Of a DNA stretch of 44,209 bases, positions 8,704-17,772 are shown in pieces. Under the pieces are notes generated by a model. The model searched no databases. It saw only the letters and a list, made by a program, of their open reading frames with translations, and was not told the origin of the DNA. A program made the translations under genes and the position numbers. The first letter of the stretch is position 1; every line of letters starts with the position of its first letter. The stretch comes from Polyangia bacterium (lineage in GTDB: Bacteria > Myxococcota_A > Polyangia > Fen-1088): assembly GCA_035696485.1 (NCBI GenBank), contig DASRQT010000279.1, positions 1-44,209 on the forward strand, read 5' to 3'.

Positions 8704-8729
8704 AATTGGGCTACTATCCGAACCCAATT
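8704..8729. promoter_or_regulatory. 7-bp inverted repeat AATTGGG-N12-CCCAATT upstream of the Yip1 gene
   Basis: Perfect arms at 8704-8710 and 8723-8729, about 20 nt upstream of the SD (GGGGAGGG) and the ATG at 8750. Confidence 0.3.
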
Positions 8730-8749
8730 TCCCAGGGGAGGGCCGCGCC

Positions 8750-10003
8750 ATGACCATCATCGATCGCGTAAAGAACATCTGCCTGCGGCCCAAGACCGAA
8801 TGGGAGGTTATCGCCCTTGAACCCGCGTCCACCGGGAACCTGATCGGAGGCTACGTCGCCCCGCTGGCCGCGATCGGCGCGGTGGCCGGTTTGATCGGGC
8901 GTTCATTGATCGGTGTGACGCTGCCGTTTGCCGGCACCTTTCGCGTGCCGCTGGTGGGCAGCCTGGTCACGGCGGTCTTCACGTTCGTGATGGCCATCGT
9001 CGGGGTCTTCGTGCTTTCCCTCATCATCAATGCGCTGGCCCCCAGCTTCGGTGGTGAGAAGAACGGCACACAGGCGCTGAAGGTGGCGGTCTATTCCTAC
9101 ACTCCGGCCTGGGTGGCGGGGGTGCTGCAAATCCTGCCGATGCTGAGCTTCCTGGGTCTGCTCGCGGGGTTGTATGGCCTGTACCTGCTGTACCTGGGTC
9201 TTCCGCGCTTGATGAAATGCCCGCCCGACAAGGCCGTCGGCTACACCGTGGTGATCGTGCTGTGCGCCATCGTGCTGGGGATTGTCATCAGCGCGGTCGG
9301 GGGCGTGATCGCCGGCGCGGGCATGTACGGCGCCGGCGCCATGACCGGCGCGATGGGGCGCCACGGGGGCGCTTCGGACGTGCAATTCGACAGGGACAGC
9401 ATGCTGGGCAAGCTGCAGGACCTGGGAAACAAGATGGAGGCCAGCAACAAGAAGATGGCAGCCGCAGAGAAGAGCGGTGACCAGAAGGCGCAGGTCGCGG
9501 CAGCGATGGAGGGTCTGGGCACGTTGCTGGGTGGCGGCAAACACGTCGACCCGATCGGCATCGAGCAGCTGAAGCCCTTCGTGCCCGAGACGTTCGCGGG
9601 GCTACCGAAGAAGAGCAGCAGCGCCGAGAAGACCGGCGTGGCCGGTCTCAACGTCTCGAAGGCCGAGGCCAGATACAGCGACGGCGCGCAAAAGAACGTG
9701 ACGCTGGAGATCTCGGACACCGGCGGCGCCAGCGGCTTGCTGGGACTGGCGGGGTGGGTTGGCGTGCAGGGCGAGAAGGAAGACGACCGCGGGACCGAAC
9801 GAACCGCGAAGGTGGACGGCCGTCTGGTTCACGAGAAGGTGTCCAAGACCGGCGGCGCCAACGAATTTGGCGTCGTCCTGGGCGACCGTTTCGTCGTGAG
9901 CGCCACCGGGAACGGCGTCGGCATCGGCGAGCTCAAGACAGCCCTCGCGCAGCTCGATCTCGGCAAGCTCGAGTCGATGAAGGACGTCGGCGTCACCAAG
10001 TAG
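8750..10003 (+). CDS. Yip1-domain membrane protein with a long soluble C-terminal extension
   Basis: N-terminus MTIIDRVKNICLRPKTEWEVI... followed by about five hydrophobic helices typical of the Yip1/DUF1282 family. The C-terminal 200 aa or so are hydrophilic. Confidence 0.8.
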   Translation: MTIIDRVKNICLRPKTEWEVIALEPASTGNLIGGYVAPLAAIGAVAGLIGRSLIGVTLPFAGTFRVPLVGSLVTAVFTFVMAIVGVFVLSLIINALAPSFGGEKNGTQALKVAVYSYTPAWVAGVLQILPMLSFLGLLAGLYGLYLLYLGLPRLMKCPPDKAVGYTVVIVLCAIVLGIVISAVGGVIAGAGMYGAGAMTGAMGRHGGASDVQFDRDSMLGKLQDLGNKMEASNKKMAAAEKSGDQKAQVAAAMEGLGTLLGGGKHVDPIGIEQLKPFVPETFAGLPKKSSSAEKTGVAGLNVSKAEARYSDGAQKNVTLEISDTGGASGLLGLAGWVGVQGEKEDDRGTERTAKVDGRLVHEKVSKTGGANEFGVVLGDRFVVSATGNGVGIGELKTALAQLDLGKLESMKDVGVTK

Positions 10004-10010
10004 TGCGGTT

Positions 10011-10436
10011 TTGTCCAGCAGACCGATCGTCTTCAAGAGCGCGCACCGGATCAAGTTCTCCGACCTCGATCCCTACAATCACGTGAGCACGGCGAAGTAC
10101 GCGGCCTATTTCGTCGATCATCGGATGGAGGGCCTGCGTGACCATATCGGTTGGGATCTGAAGACCCTCGGGACGTTGCCGTTCATGGTCTGGGTGCGGC
10201 GAATGGAGATCGACTTCCTGCGGCCGGCTCGGGGCGATCAGGAGATCACCATAACGTCATTCGTGAGCGAGTTTCGCGGGCCCGATGCGCTCATCGAGTG
10301 CACCATGGTCGATTCCAGCGGCAAGAATCTGTCCCGGTGTCTCATGACCGTTGCCCATGTCGACAGGGAGACCAATCGCGCGACCGATTGGCCGCCCGAC
10401 CGCATGGCGGTGTTTTTCGAAAAAGAAGCCACCTGA
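10011..10436 (+). CDS. Acyl-CoA thioesterase, 4HBT (hotdog) family
   Basis: YbgC/FcoT-like N-terminal signature IKFSDLDPYNHVSTAKYAAYF and hotdog-size protein (141 aa). Confidence 0.8.
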   Translation: MSSRPIVFKSAHRIKFSDLDPYNHVSTAKYAAYFVDHRMEGLRDHIGWDLKTLGTLPFMVWVRRMEIDFLRPARGDQEITITSFVSEFRGPDALIECTMVDSSGKNLSRCLMTVAHVDRETNRATDWPPDRMAVFFEKEAT

Positions 10437-10481
10437 GATGGGGGTGCACATCCGCTACCGGGTGATGAGGGACAAGTAGGC

Positions 10482-11525
10482 TCAGCCCCAGCGGAAGATC
10501 CGCAGCGCGGCGACGAACGTCCCCACGCCCCACGCCGCGAGGATGGCCAGCGGTCGCGCCACCTGCGCAAGGGATGCGCCGTCGATCATGACCGCCCGCA
10601 ACCCGTCGTTGAGCGCGGTCAGCGGCAGCAGCGCCAGCGCGGGCTGAATGACCTCGGGGAAGTGCGTGGCCGAGAAGAAAACGCCCGACAGCACGAACAT
10701 GGGCATGGTGACGGCGTTCATGAGGCCGTTGATGGTTTCGCTGTTCTGCGCGCGGCTGGCGACCAGGATGGCCAGGCCCGCGAAGGCCAGCGCCCCGGCC
10801 GTCACGACCACGACCAGCGCGGCCCAGCTGCCGGTGACGCGAACGTCGAAGGCCAATCGCGCGAACACCAGGATGACACCCACCTCCAGCGGCAGGGAGC
10901 CCATGCGCGCGATGACCTGCGCCAGCAAGAGGTCGCGACGCCGCATCGGCGTCGCCATCAGACGCTTGAGCAGCTTGCGCAGGCGCATGTTCACGATCAC
11001 CCAGCCGATGCCCCACATCGACCCCGACATCAGGTTCATGCCGATGAGGCCCGGGATCAGGAAGTCGATATAGCGGGAGCCGCGCTCGGTGACCGGTTCG
11101 TCGCGCACGGCGCGCGCATCCTTGCGGCCGGCCTCGCGCTGGAGGGCGTCGTCGACCGCCAGGCGTGCCAGGCGCCCGTCGGTCACCGCCGGATCGTAGC
11201 GGTAGCCGAGGGGCGCGTCGGGCGTCGCGCCCGGCACCACCAGCAGCGCCACCTTGCCCGCGCGCAGGCGGCTACGCGCGGCCGCCTCGTCGACCCGCTG
11301 AACCTGAAAACCGGCCTTGCCCAGGGCACGCGCGACCTCGTCCGCGCGCGGCCCCTCCATCACGCCGACGGCGATCGGCTCGGGCCCGCGGCCGCGGAAG
11401 GCGAGGCCCAGGCCAAGTGAGAGCAAGATCGGGAAGCCGAAGACCCAGAACAGCACGCCCGGCTCGCGAATGGATTCGCGCACGCGCGCCAGCGTCAGAT
11501 GGTAGAGCGCCTTGCCTTCAGGCAT
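10482..11525 (-). CDS. ABC-2 type transporter permease
   Basis: N-terminal TM, large loop, then five C-terminal TMs with ABC-2 style segments (IDFLIPGLIGMNLM, RLLKRLMATPMRR). Overlaps the upstream ATPase gene by 8 nt. Confidence 0.85.
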   Translation of the reverse strand: MPEGKALYHLTLARVRESIREPGVLFWVFGFPILLSLGLGLAFRGRGPEPIAVGVMEGPRADEVARALGKAGFQVQRVDEAAARSRLRAGKVALLVVPGATPDAPLGYRYDPAVTDGRLARLAVDDALQREAGRKDARAVRDEPVTERGSRYIDFLIPGLIGMNLMSGSMWGIGWVIVNMRLRKLLKRLMATPMRRRDLLLAQVIARMGSLPLEVGVILVFARLAFDVRVTGSWAALVVVVTAGALAFAGLAILVASRAQNSETINGLMNAVTMPMFVLSGVFFSATHFPEVIQPALALLPLTALNDGLRAVMIDGASLAQVARPLAILAAWGVGTFVAALRIFRWG

Positions 11526-12282
11526 CGCGCAGCGATCTCCCGGTCAGCGCCACGAACACGTCCTCCAGCGTCCCCTCCGGCGTTCCGACGTGCTGGTCGA
11601 TGAGGGCGCGCGGCGTGCCCTCCTGGATAACGCGGCCGTGATCGACGACGGCGACCCGATCGCACAGGCGCTCGGCCTCGTCCATGTAATGCGTCGTCAG
11701 TAAAACCGTGCCGCCGCGTTGCCTGTAGGCGCTGACCAGCTCCCAGACCTGGCGACGCGACTGGGGATCAAGGCCGGCGGTCGGCTCGTCGAGGAACAGC
11801 AGCTCCGGATCGCCGACGACCGCGCACGCCAGGGCCAGACGCTGGCGCTGGCCACCCGACAGCTTGCCGACCCAGGCGGTGCGTTTTTCCTGCAGCTGCA
11901 CCTCGTCCAGCAGCGTCTGCAACGGTCGCGGCCGGCGGTAGAAGCTGCGGAACAGTTGCAGCGTCTCCTCGACCGATTGTTTCTCGGACAGTTGCGTCTC
12001 CTGCAAGGCGACGCCGATCCGCTCGCGCAAGGCGGCGCCGTCGCGCTGCCAGGTCAGGCCGAAGACCTGCACCACGCCGGATGTCGGCGCGGCCACGCCC
12101 GAGAGGATCTCGACCGTCGTCGTCTTGCCGGCCCCGTTGGGACCGAGGACGCCAAAACATTTGCCTGCCGCGATCGTCAGATCGATTCCGTCCACAGCCA
12201 CCACGTCGCCGCGTGGCCCTCGCCCGCCCCCGCGGCCCCCGGGGTAAACCTTGCGCAACGCGCGGCAGACAACGGCATCCAC
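11518..12282 (-). CDS. ABC transporter ATP-binding protein (DrrA/CcmA-like exporter ATPase)
   Basis: Walker A GPNGAGKTT, signature LSGGQRQRL, Walker B LLFLDEPTAGLD, H-loop TTHYMDEA. Confidence 0.95.
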   Translation of the reverse strand: MDAVVCRALRKVYPGGRGGGRGPRGDVVAVDGIDLTIAAGKCFGVLGPNGAGKTTTVEILSGVAAPTSGVVQVFGLTWQRDGAALRERIGVALQETQLSEKQSVEETLQLFRSFYRRPRPLQTLLDEVQLQEKRTAWVGKLSGGQRQRLALACAVVGDPELLFLDEPTAGLDPQSRRQVWELVSAYRQRGGTVLLTTHYMDEAERLCDRVAVVDHGRVIQEGTPRALIDQHVGTPEGTLEDVFVALTGRSLRDA

Positions 12283-12394
12283 GTCCAGGGTGTTGTTCCA
12301 CGAGTGGGGACCGGGAGCAACTCATCGACTACGGTGGGGGAGCCTGGGCAGAATTGCTGTGGTTGTCGACCGTTAGCTATGCTACAGATACCCG

Positions 12395-13552
12395 GTGAAA
12401 CGTATCGCTTGGCTGTTTGCGCTGGTCCTGGCGCCTACCGGATGCACTCGCGGCGACGCGGCCATTGGTGCGGGCCCGCCCCCGCCACCGGACGTGCTGG
12501 TACACACCGTCCAGCCGGAGGATGTTCCCATCTACGCCGAATCGGTCGGCACCATCGACGGCTCGCTGAACGCCGAGGTGCGCGCGCGCGTGGCCGGGGT
12601 GGTCACGTCCCAGGCTTACAAGGAGGGGACGTTCGTCAGCAAGGGCCAGCTTCTGTTCACAATTGACCCTTCGCTGACCGCCGCCGCGGCCAAGAAGGCG
12701 CTGGGCGATGTGGATGGCGCGGCCGCCGCCCTGGCCAAGGCCGAGAGTGACCTCAAACGCATCGAGCCGCTGACCCACCAGGGCGTGGCTAGCCAGCAAG
12801 ATCTCGACAACGCGCGCGCCGCCCGGAACCTGGCCCAGGCCAACCTTGTGTCGGCCACGGGTGGCCGGGAGACCGCCAGCGCGAACCTGTCGTACACGCG
12901 CATCGTGGCGCCCGTCGCCGGGCTGGCTGGAATCGCAAAGGCCAGGCTGGGATCGCTGGTCGGGCAGGGTGAGGCGACCCTGCTGACCACCGTCTCCCAG
13001 GTCAACCCGGTGCGTGTCAGCTACGCGATCAGCGAACAGTGGTACCTGTCCGATCCCAGGAAGTTCCAGGGCGGCGGTAACGCCCCGGCGGTGCTGGAGC
13101 TGGTGCTCGCGGACGGATCCACCTATGCGCATCGCGGGAAGGTGACGTTCGCGGATCGCCAGATCGACCCGTCAACCGGCACCTTGACGGTCGTGGCGTC
13201 GTTCCCCAATCCGGATGCGCTGCTTCGACCCGGCATGTACGCCAAGCTTCGCGATGTTCGCGAGCTCAAAAAGGCGGTCGTCTGCATCCCACAAAGGGCG
13301 GTCGCCGAGCTGCAGGGCGCCGCCCAGGTGATGGTCGTCGGCGCCGGCAACAAGGCGGAGACTCGCGCCGTCGTCACGGGCGAGCGAGTAGGCAGCCGGT
13401 GGGTCATCAAGTCCGGCCTGCGGCCCGGCGAGCGCGTGATCGTTGAAGGTCTGCAGAAGGTGCGCAACGGCGTGGTGGTCACGCCCAAAGCGATGCCCGT
13501 CACGGCAGCGATCAACGCTGGGCCCGCGGGCGCCGCGACCAAGGCGCGCTGA
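12395..13552 (+). CDS. RND efflux periplasmic adaptor (membrane fusion protein) lipoprotein
   Basis: GTG start, lipobox LAPTGC. Typical MFP segments (GQLLFTIDP, YTRIVAPVAGLAG, C-terminal VIVEGLQKVRNG). Confidence 0.9.
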   Translation: MKRIAWLFALVLAPTGCTRGDAAIGAGPPPPPDVLVHTVQPEDVPIYAESVGTIDGSLNAEVRARVAGVVTSQAYKEGTFVSKGQLLFTIDPSLTAAAAKKALGDVDGAAAALAKAESDLKRIEPLTHQGVASQQDLDNARAARNLAQANLVSATGGRETASANLSYTRIVAPVAGLAGIAKARLGSLVGQGEATLLTTVSQVNPVRVSYAISEQWYLSDPRKFQGGGNAPAVLELVLADGSTYAHRGKVTFADRQIDPSTGTLTVVASFPNPDALLRPGMYAKLRDVRELKKAVVCIPQRAVAELQGAAQVMVVGAGNKAETRAVVTGERVGSRWVIKSGLRPGERVIVEGLQKVRNGVVVTPKAMPVTAAINAGPAGAATKAR

Positions 13553-13553
13553 G

Positions 13554-16500
13554 GTGGGCGAGTTCTTCGTTCGCCGGCCCATCGTGGCGATCGTTCTGTC
13601 GATCGTCACGGTGTTGCTGGGCGTGATCGCGCTGCGCGACCTGCCCATCTCGCGCTTTCCCGATATCGTTCCGCCCGAGATCCAGGTCAACGCGACCTTC
13701 ACCGGCGCCGACGCGGTCACGGTCGAGCAATCGGTCGCGACACCGCTGGAGCAGCAGATCAACGGCGTCGACAACATGCTGTACATGCGGTCGATCAACT
13801 CGAACGACGGCACCATCGATCTGCGCATCACGTTCGCGGTCGGCACCGACGTCAACACCGACAACGTCCTGGTGAACAACCGCATCGCACAGGCCAACGC
13901 GCAGCTTCCGAACGACGTCAGAGTCTCGGGCGTCAACGTGCGCAAGGCGACCACCACGCCGACGCTGCTGGTGGCGCTGCACTCGCCGAGGAACACGCGC
14001 GATGCCACCTTCCTGGGCAACTACAACACCATCAACCTGCGCGACGCGCTGCTGCGGGTCCCCGGCGTGGGGCTGGTCAACACGTTCGGCGCCGCCGACT
14101 ACGCCATGCGCATCTGGGTGAATCCGGACAAGCTGGCGCGCCTCGGCTTGACGGTGGCCGATCTGTCGACCGCGGTTCAAAAGCAGAGCACGGTCAATCC
14201 CGCCGGGCAGGTCGGCGCCGAACCGGCGCCGCCGGGACAGGAGTTCACGTACAACGTGCGCGCCGAAGGGCGGCTGACAACCCCAGAGGAGTTCGCGCAG
14301 ATCGTGGTGCGAGAGAATCCCGACGGCTCGCTGGTGCGGCTTGCCGACGTCTCTCGCATCGAGCTGGGCGCGCAGACCTACAAGCAGATCGCCCGCTACA
14401 ACGGCTCGCAGGCCTCGCTGATGGCGGTTTACCAGGCCCCGGGATCGAACGCGCTCGACGTCAAGGAGCGGGTGAGCGCCACGTTGCAGGAGCTGAGCGC
14501 GCAGTTCCCCGACGACGTCGCCTACACCATCTCGCTGGACACGACGCTGGCCGTGCAGCAGGGCATCAGCGAAATTGTCGAGACGCTGCTGGCGGCTGTG
14601 CTGCTGGTGCTGCTGGTGGTCTACGTCTTCTTGCAGAGCTGGCGCGCGACCCTGATCCCGTTGCTGACGGTTCCGGTGTCGTTGATCGGCGCGTTCGCCG
14701 TGTTCCCCTTGCTCGGCTTCTCGGTCAACACGCTGTCGCTGTTCGGCCTAATGCTGGCCATCGGACTGGTGGTCGACGACGCCATCGTCGTGGTCGAGGC
14801 GGTCGAGCACCACATCGAGCAGGGCATGTCACCGCGCGACGCCACCGTGCGCGCCATGAAGGAGGTGACCGGCCCGGTGGTGGCCATCGCCCTCATCCTG
14901 GCGGCGGTGTTCATTCCGGTGGCGTTCATCGGCGGGGTCACCGGGCGCCTCTACCAGCAATTCGCGCTGACCATCGCCATCTCGGTCCTCATCTCGGCCT
15001 TCAACGCGCTCACGCTCAGCCCGGCCCTGTGCTCGATGCTGCTCAAGCCGCGCGCGTCGGGTGGCCTGCTCGGCAGGGCGTTCGGCGGCTTCAATCGCGC
15101 GTTCGACGCGACCAGAGGGCGCTACCTCGGTCTGTCGCGGTCCCTGGCCCGGCGCGCGGTGCTGGTCATCGTGCTGCTCGCGGCGTTCACCGGCGTCGCC
15201 GTCGCCACCGGTCGCAAGCTACCGACCGGTTTCATCCCCGAGGAGGACCTCGGGTACATGTACGTGAACGTTCAGCTCCCCGACGCGGCGTCGCTGCAGC
15301 GGACCGACGAAGTCTGCAAGCAGGTGGAGTCCATCCTGGCCAGCACCGACGGGATCGAGAGCTATTCGACCATCGCGGGGTTCAGCCTGGTGAGCCGGGT
15401 GTCGGCGTCCTACAACGGATTCTTCTTCGTCACGCTCAAGCCGTGGGCAGAGCGGACCACCGACGCGACCAAGCTCGGGTCCATCCTCAAGAAACTGAAC
15501 GGGCGCCTGGCGGCGATGCCGCAGGCGCGCGCCTTCGCCTTCACGCCACCGGCGATCCCCGGCATCGGCACGGCTGGCGGGTTCAGCTTCATGCTGCAGG
15601 ACCGCCGCGGCGGCACCGTGCAGGAGCTGGAGTCCCAGATCGATCGCTTCCTGCAAGGCGCCAGGAAGCGCCCGGAGATCGGCACCATCAACTCGACGTT
15701 CAGCACGCGCGTGCCGCAGATCTACGTGCAGGTCGACCGAGAGAAGGCGCTGAAGCAGGGCGTGGACATCGCAGATCTGTACGCGACCTTGCAGGCCTTC
15801 ATGGGCAGCGCCTACGTGAACGACTTCAATCGCTTCGGCCGGCAGTGGCGGGTCTACCTGGCGGCCGATCCCGCCTTTCGCACCGACGCCGCCGACATGG
15901 GCAAGCTGTACGTGCGCAACAAGCTGGGGCAGTCGCTGCCGCTGTCCACGCTGGTCAAGCCCGTGAGCACGAACGGGCCGGAGTTCACGAATCGCTTCAA
16001 CCTGTTCCGTTCGGCCGAATTGACCGGCGGCGCGGCGCCCGGCTACAGCTCGGGCCAGGCCATGACCGCCCTCGAGGAGGTGGCACGCGATACCCTGGCG
16101 GTCGGCTACGGCTATAGCTGGAACGCGCTGTCCTATCAGCAGAAGGTGGCGCCGTCCCCCGTGCCCACGTTCGTGTTGGCAATCATCGTGGTGTTTCTGA
16201 TCCTGGCTGCTCAATACGAGAGCTGGTCGCTCCCGTTCAGCGTGCTGCTGGGGACGCCGATCGCCGTCATGGGCGCATTCACCGGGCTGGCGGTCGCGAA
16301 ACTGGAGCTGAACGTGTACGGGCAGATCGGCCTCATCATGTTGATCGGCCTGTCGGCAAAGAACGCGATCCTCATCGTGGAGTTCGCCAAGGCCGAGCGC
16401 GAGCGCGGCAAGCCGGCGCTGGAGGCGGCGCTGGCTGCTGCCAAGCTGCGGCTGCGGCCCATCCTCATGACGGCGTTTGCGTTCATCCTGGGCTGCGCGC

Positions 16501-16688
16501 CGCTGCTCATCGCCGGCGGCGCGGGCGGCATCTCGCGGCGCATGCTGGGCGTGGTGGTGGTGTTCGGCATGCTCGCGGCCACGTTGCTGGGTGTCTTTCT
16601 CACGCCCGCGCTGTTCGTCATGGTCGACAGGCTGGCGCAGCGCAAGCGTCCGGCCAAGGTGGTCGCCGCGCCCGTGGTGGAGGCGTGA
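13554..16688 (+). CDS. RND (HAE1, AcrB/MexB-like) efflux permease
   Basis: The GTG at 13554, one nt after the adaptor stop, gives the canonical N-terminus (M)GEFFVRRPIVAIVLSIV. The protein has 12-TM architecture with two large periplasmic loops. The 37 codons upstream in the ORF overlap the adaptor gene. Confidence 0.95.
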   Translation: MGEFFVRRPIVAIVLSIVTVLLGVIALRDLPISRFPDIVPPEIQVNATFTGADAVTVEQSVATPLEQQINGVDNMLYMRSINSNDGTIDLRITFAVGTDVNTDNVLVNNRIAQANAQLPNDVRVSGVNVRKATTTPTLLVALHSPRNTRDATFLGNYNTINLRDALLRVPGVGLVNTFGAADYAMRIWVNPDKLARLGLTVADLSTAVQKQSTVNPAGQVGAEPAPPGQEFTYNVRAEGRLTTPEEFAQIVVRENPDGSLVRLADVSRIELGAQTYKQIARYNGSQASLMAVYQAPGSNALDVKERVSATLQELSAQFPDDVAYTISLDTTLAVQQGISEIVETLLAAVLLVLLVVYVFLQSWRATLIPLLTVPVSLIGAFAVFPLLGFSVNTLSLFGLMLAIGLVVDDAIVVVEAVEHHIEQGMSPRDATVRAMKEVTGPVVAIALILAAVFIPVAFIGGVTGRLYQQFALTIAISVLISAFNALTLSPALCSMLLKPRASGGLLGRAFGGFNRAFDATRGRYLGLSRSLARRAVLVIVLLAAFTGVAVATGRKLPTGFIPEEDLGYMYVNVQLPDAASLQRTDEVCKQVESILASTDGIESYSTIAGFSLVSRVSASYNGFFFVTLKPWAERTTDATKLGSILKKLNGRLAAMPQARAFAFTPPAIPGIGTAGGFSFMLQDRRGGTVQELESQIDRFLQGARKRPEIGTINSTFSTRVPQIYVQVDREKALKQGVDIADLYATLQAFMGSAYVNDFNRFGRQWRVYLAADPAFRTDAADMGKLYVRNKLGQSLPLSTLVKPVSTNGPEFTNRFNLFRSAELTGGAAPGYSSGQAMTALEEVARDTLAVGYGYSWNALSYQQKVAPSPVPTFVLAIIVVFLILAAQYESWSLPFSVLLGTPIAVMGAFTGLAVAKLELNVYGQIGLIMLIGLSAKNAILIVEFAKAERERGKPALEAALAAAKLRLRPILMTAFAFILGCAPLLIAGGAGGISRRMLGVVVVFGMLAATLLGVFLTPALFVMVDRLAQRKRPAKVVAAPVVEA

Positions 16689-17197
16689 CCGTTTTGAAGA
16701 AACACGGACCCACTGCGGGAGGCAACCTGGTGGAGCTGGCGGCCAAGTTGCGCATCGCCTTTGCGCTGGTGACGCGCGCGCAGCGACAGGACGTTCCCGG
16801 CAAGCTCACGGCCGTGCAGCTGTCCGCGCTGTACAAGGTCGATCTGTTTGGCCCGCTGCGCCTCGGTGACCTGGCGGCGCGCGAGCAGGTGGCGGCCCCG
16901 ACGATGAGCCGTGTCGTCGCGTCCCTGGAGGTCGGCCTCCTGGTAAGGCGGCGCGCCGACCCGAGCAGCGCGCGGTCCTCCCTCATCAGCATCACCGCAA
17001 AGGGGCGTCGCCAGATCGATGCCGTTCGGCGCGACCGCACCGACGTCATGACGTGTCGACTGACGGCGCTAGGGTGGAACCATCAGCGTGCGCTGGCAGC
17101 GGCCTTGCCGGCCCTGGAGGCGCTCGCGGAGAGCGCCACCCCGGGCGTCGCCGCGCGCGAAGTCGAGCGCACCCGCCGCGCCCGCGGGCTTGCATAG
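16685..17197 (+). CDS. MarR-family transcriptional regulator
   Basis: Winged-helix segment LTAVQLSALYKVDLFGPLRLGDLAAREQVAAPTMSRVVASLEVGLLVRRRADPSSARSSLISITAKGRR. The start overlaps the pump stop (GTGA). Confidence 0.9.
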   Translation: MTVLKKHGPTAGGNLVELAAKLRIAFALVTRAQRQDVPGKLTAVQLSALYKVDLFGPLRLGDLAAREQVAAPTMSRVVASLEVGLLVRRRADPSSARSSLISITAKGRRQIDAVRRDRTDVMTCRLTALGWNHQRALAAALPALEALAESATPGVAAREVERTRRARGLA

Positions 17198-17288
17198 TCA
17201 AGCCGCTGAATCCGAGCAATTCGGTATTGCCTCCACGCTCCATCGAACTTAGGTAGGGGAGGGGGCCTATCCCCACGAGGGTGTATTC

Positions 17289-17753
17289 ATGCGAATGACA
17301 TCAAGGCTCTGGTTTCCGATCATGGTCGTCAGCATGGCCGTCAGCGCGGGCTGTGCTCACAAGCGCCCGGAAGCCCGGGCAGAGGCCCGGGCAGAGGCAC
17401 GAGAGGAGCGCCGCGAGCGCGCGATGGAACCTCGAGGCGACTGGGTCAAGCTCGGCGAGCGCTGGGTCGACGGCGCTCACGATCGTGACGTGATCCAGGT
17501 CGGCGCTCGCGAGGGCAGGTTCCGCAAGATCAGGATCGTCGTCGAGAACAGTGCCCTCGAGATGTACGACGTGGTCGTCATCTTCGGCGACGGCACGCCC
17601 TTCTCGCCGCACACCCGCCACGTCTTCAATCCCAACACGCGCTCCCACGTGATCGATCTCCCGGGCAGCGACCGCGTCATTCGCAGCGTGGAGTTCCGGT
17701 ACGGCAACCTGCCCGGGGGCGGCCGCGCGCTGGCGGAGGTTTGGGCGAGCTGA
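17289..17753 (+). CDS. Small lipoprotein, DUF2541 (YaaI)-like candidate
   Basis: Lipobox VSAGC, then an EARAEARAEAR repeat. The C-terminal domain (W..LGER.V....DRDVI.V....G.F..I...V....LEMYDVVVIFGDG) resembles the YaaI-type pattern from memory. Confidence 0.65.
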   Translation: MRMTSRLWFPIMVVSMAVSAGCAHKRPEARAEARAEAREERRERAMEPRGDWVKLGERWVDGAHDRDVIQVGAREGRFRKIRIVVENSALEMYDVVVIFGDGTPFSPHTRHVFNPNTRSHVIDLPGSDRVIRSVEFRYGNLPGGGRALAEVWAS

Positions 17754-17772
17754 TTCAAACGGAGGTGTCACC

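Noticed and set aside
12377-16705. Numerous 100-360-aa ORFs in other frames or strands within the RND adaptor and pump genes (for example 13172..14020 -, 15029..16117 +, 15219..16214 -)
   Set aside because: All overlap the AcrA/AcrB-like genes and have Arg/Gly/His-rich shadow-ORF composition.
17364-17396. 12-nt tandem repeat gcccgggcagag x2 (plus a partial copy)
   Set aside because: It lies inside the small lipoprotein gene and simply encodes the EARAEARAEAR spacer after the lipobox. There is no evidence of a regulatory role.
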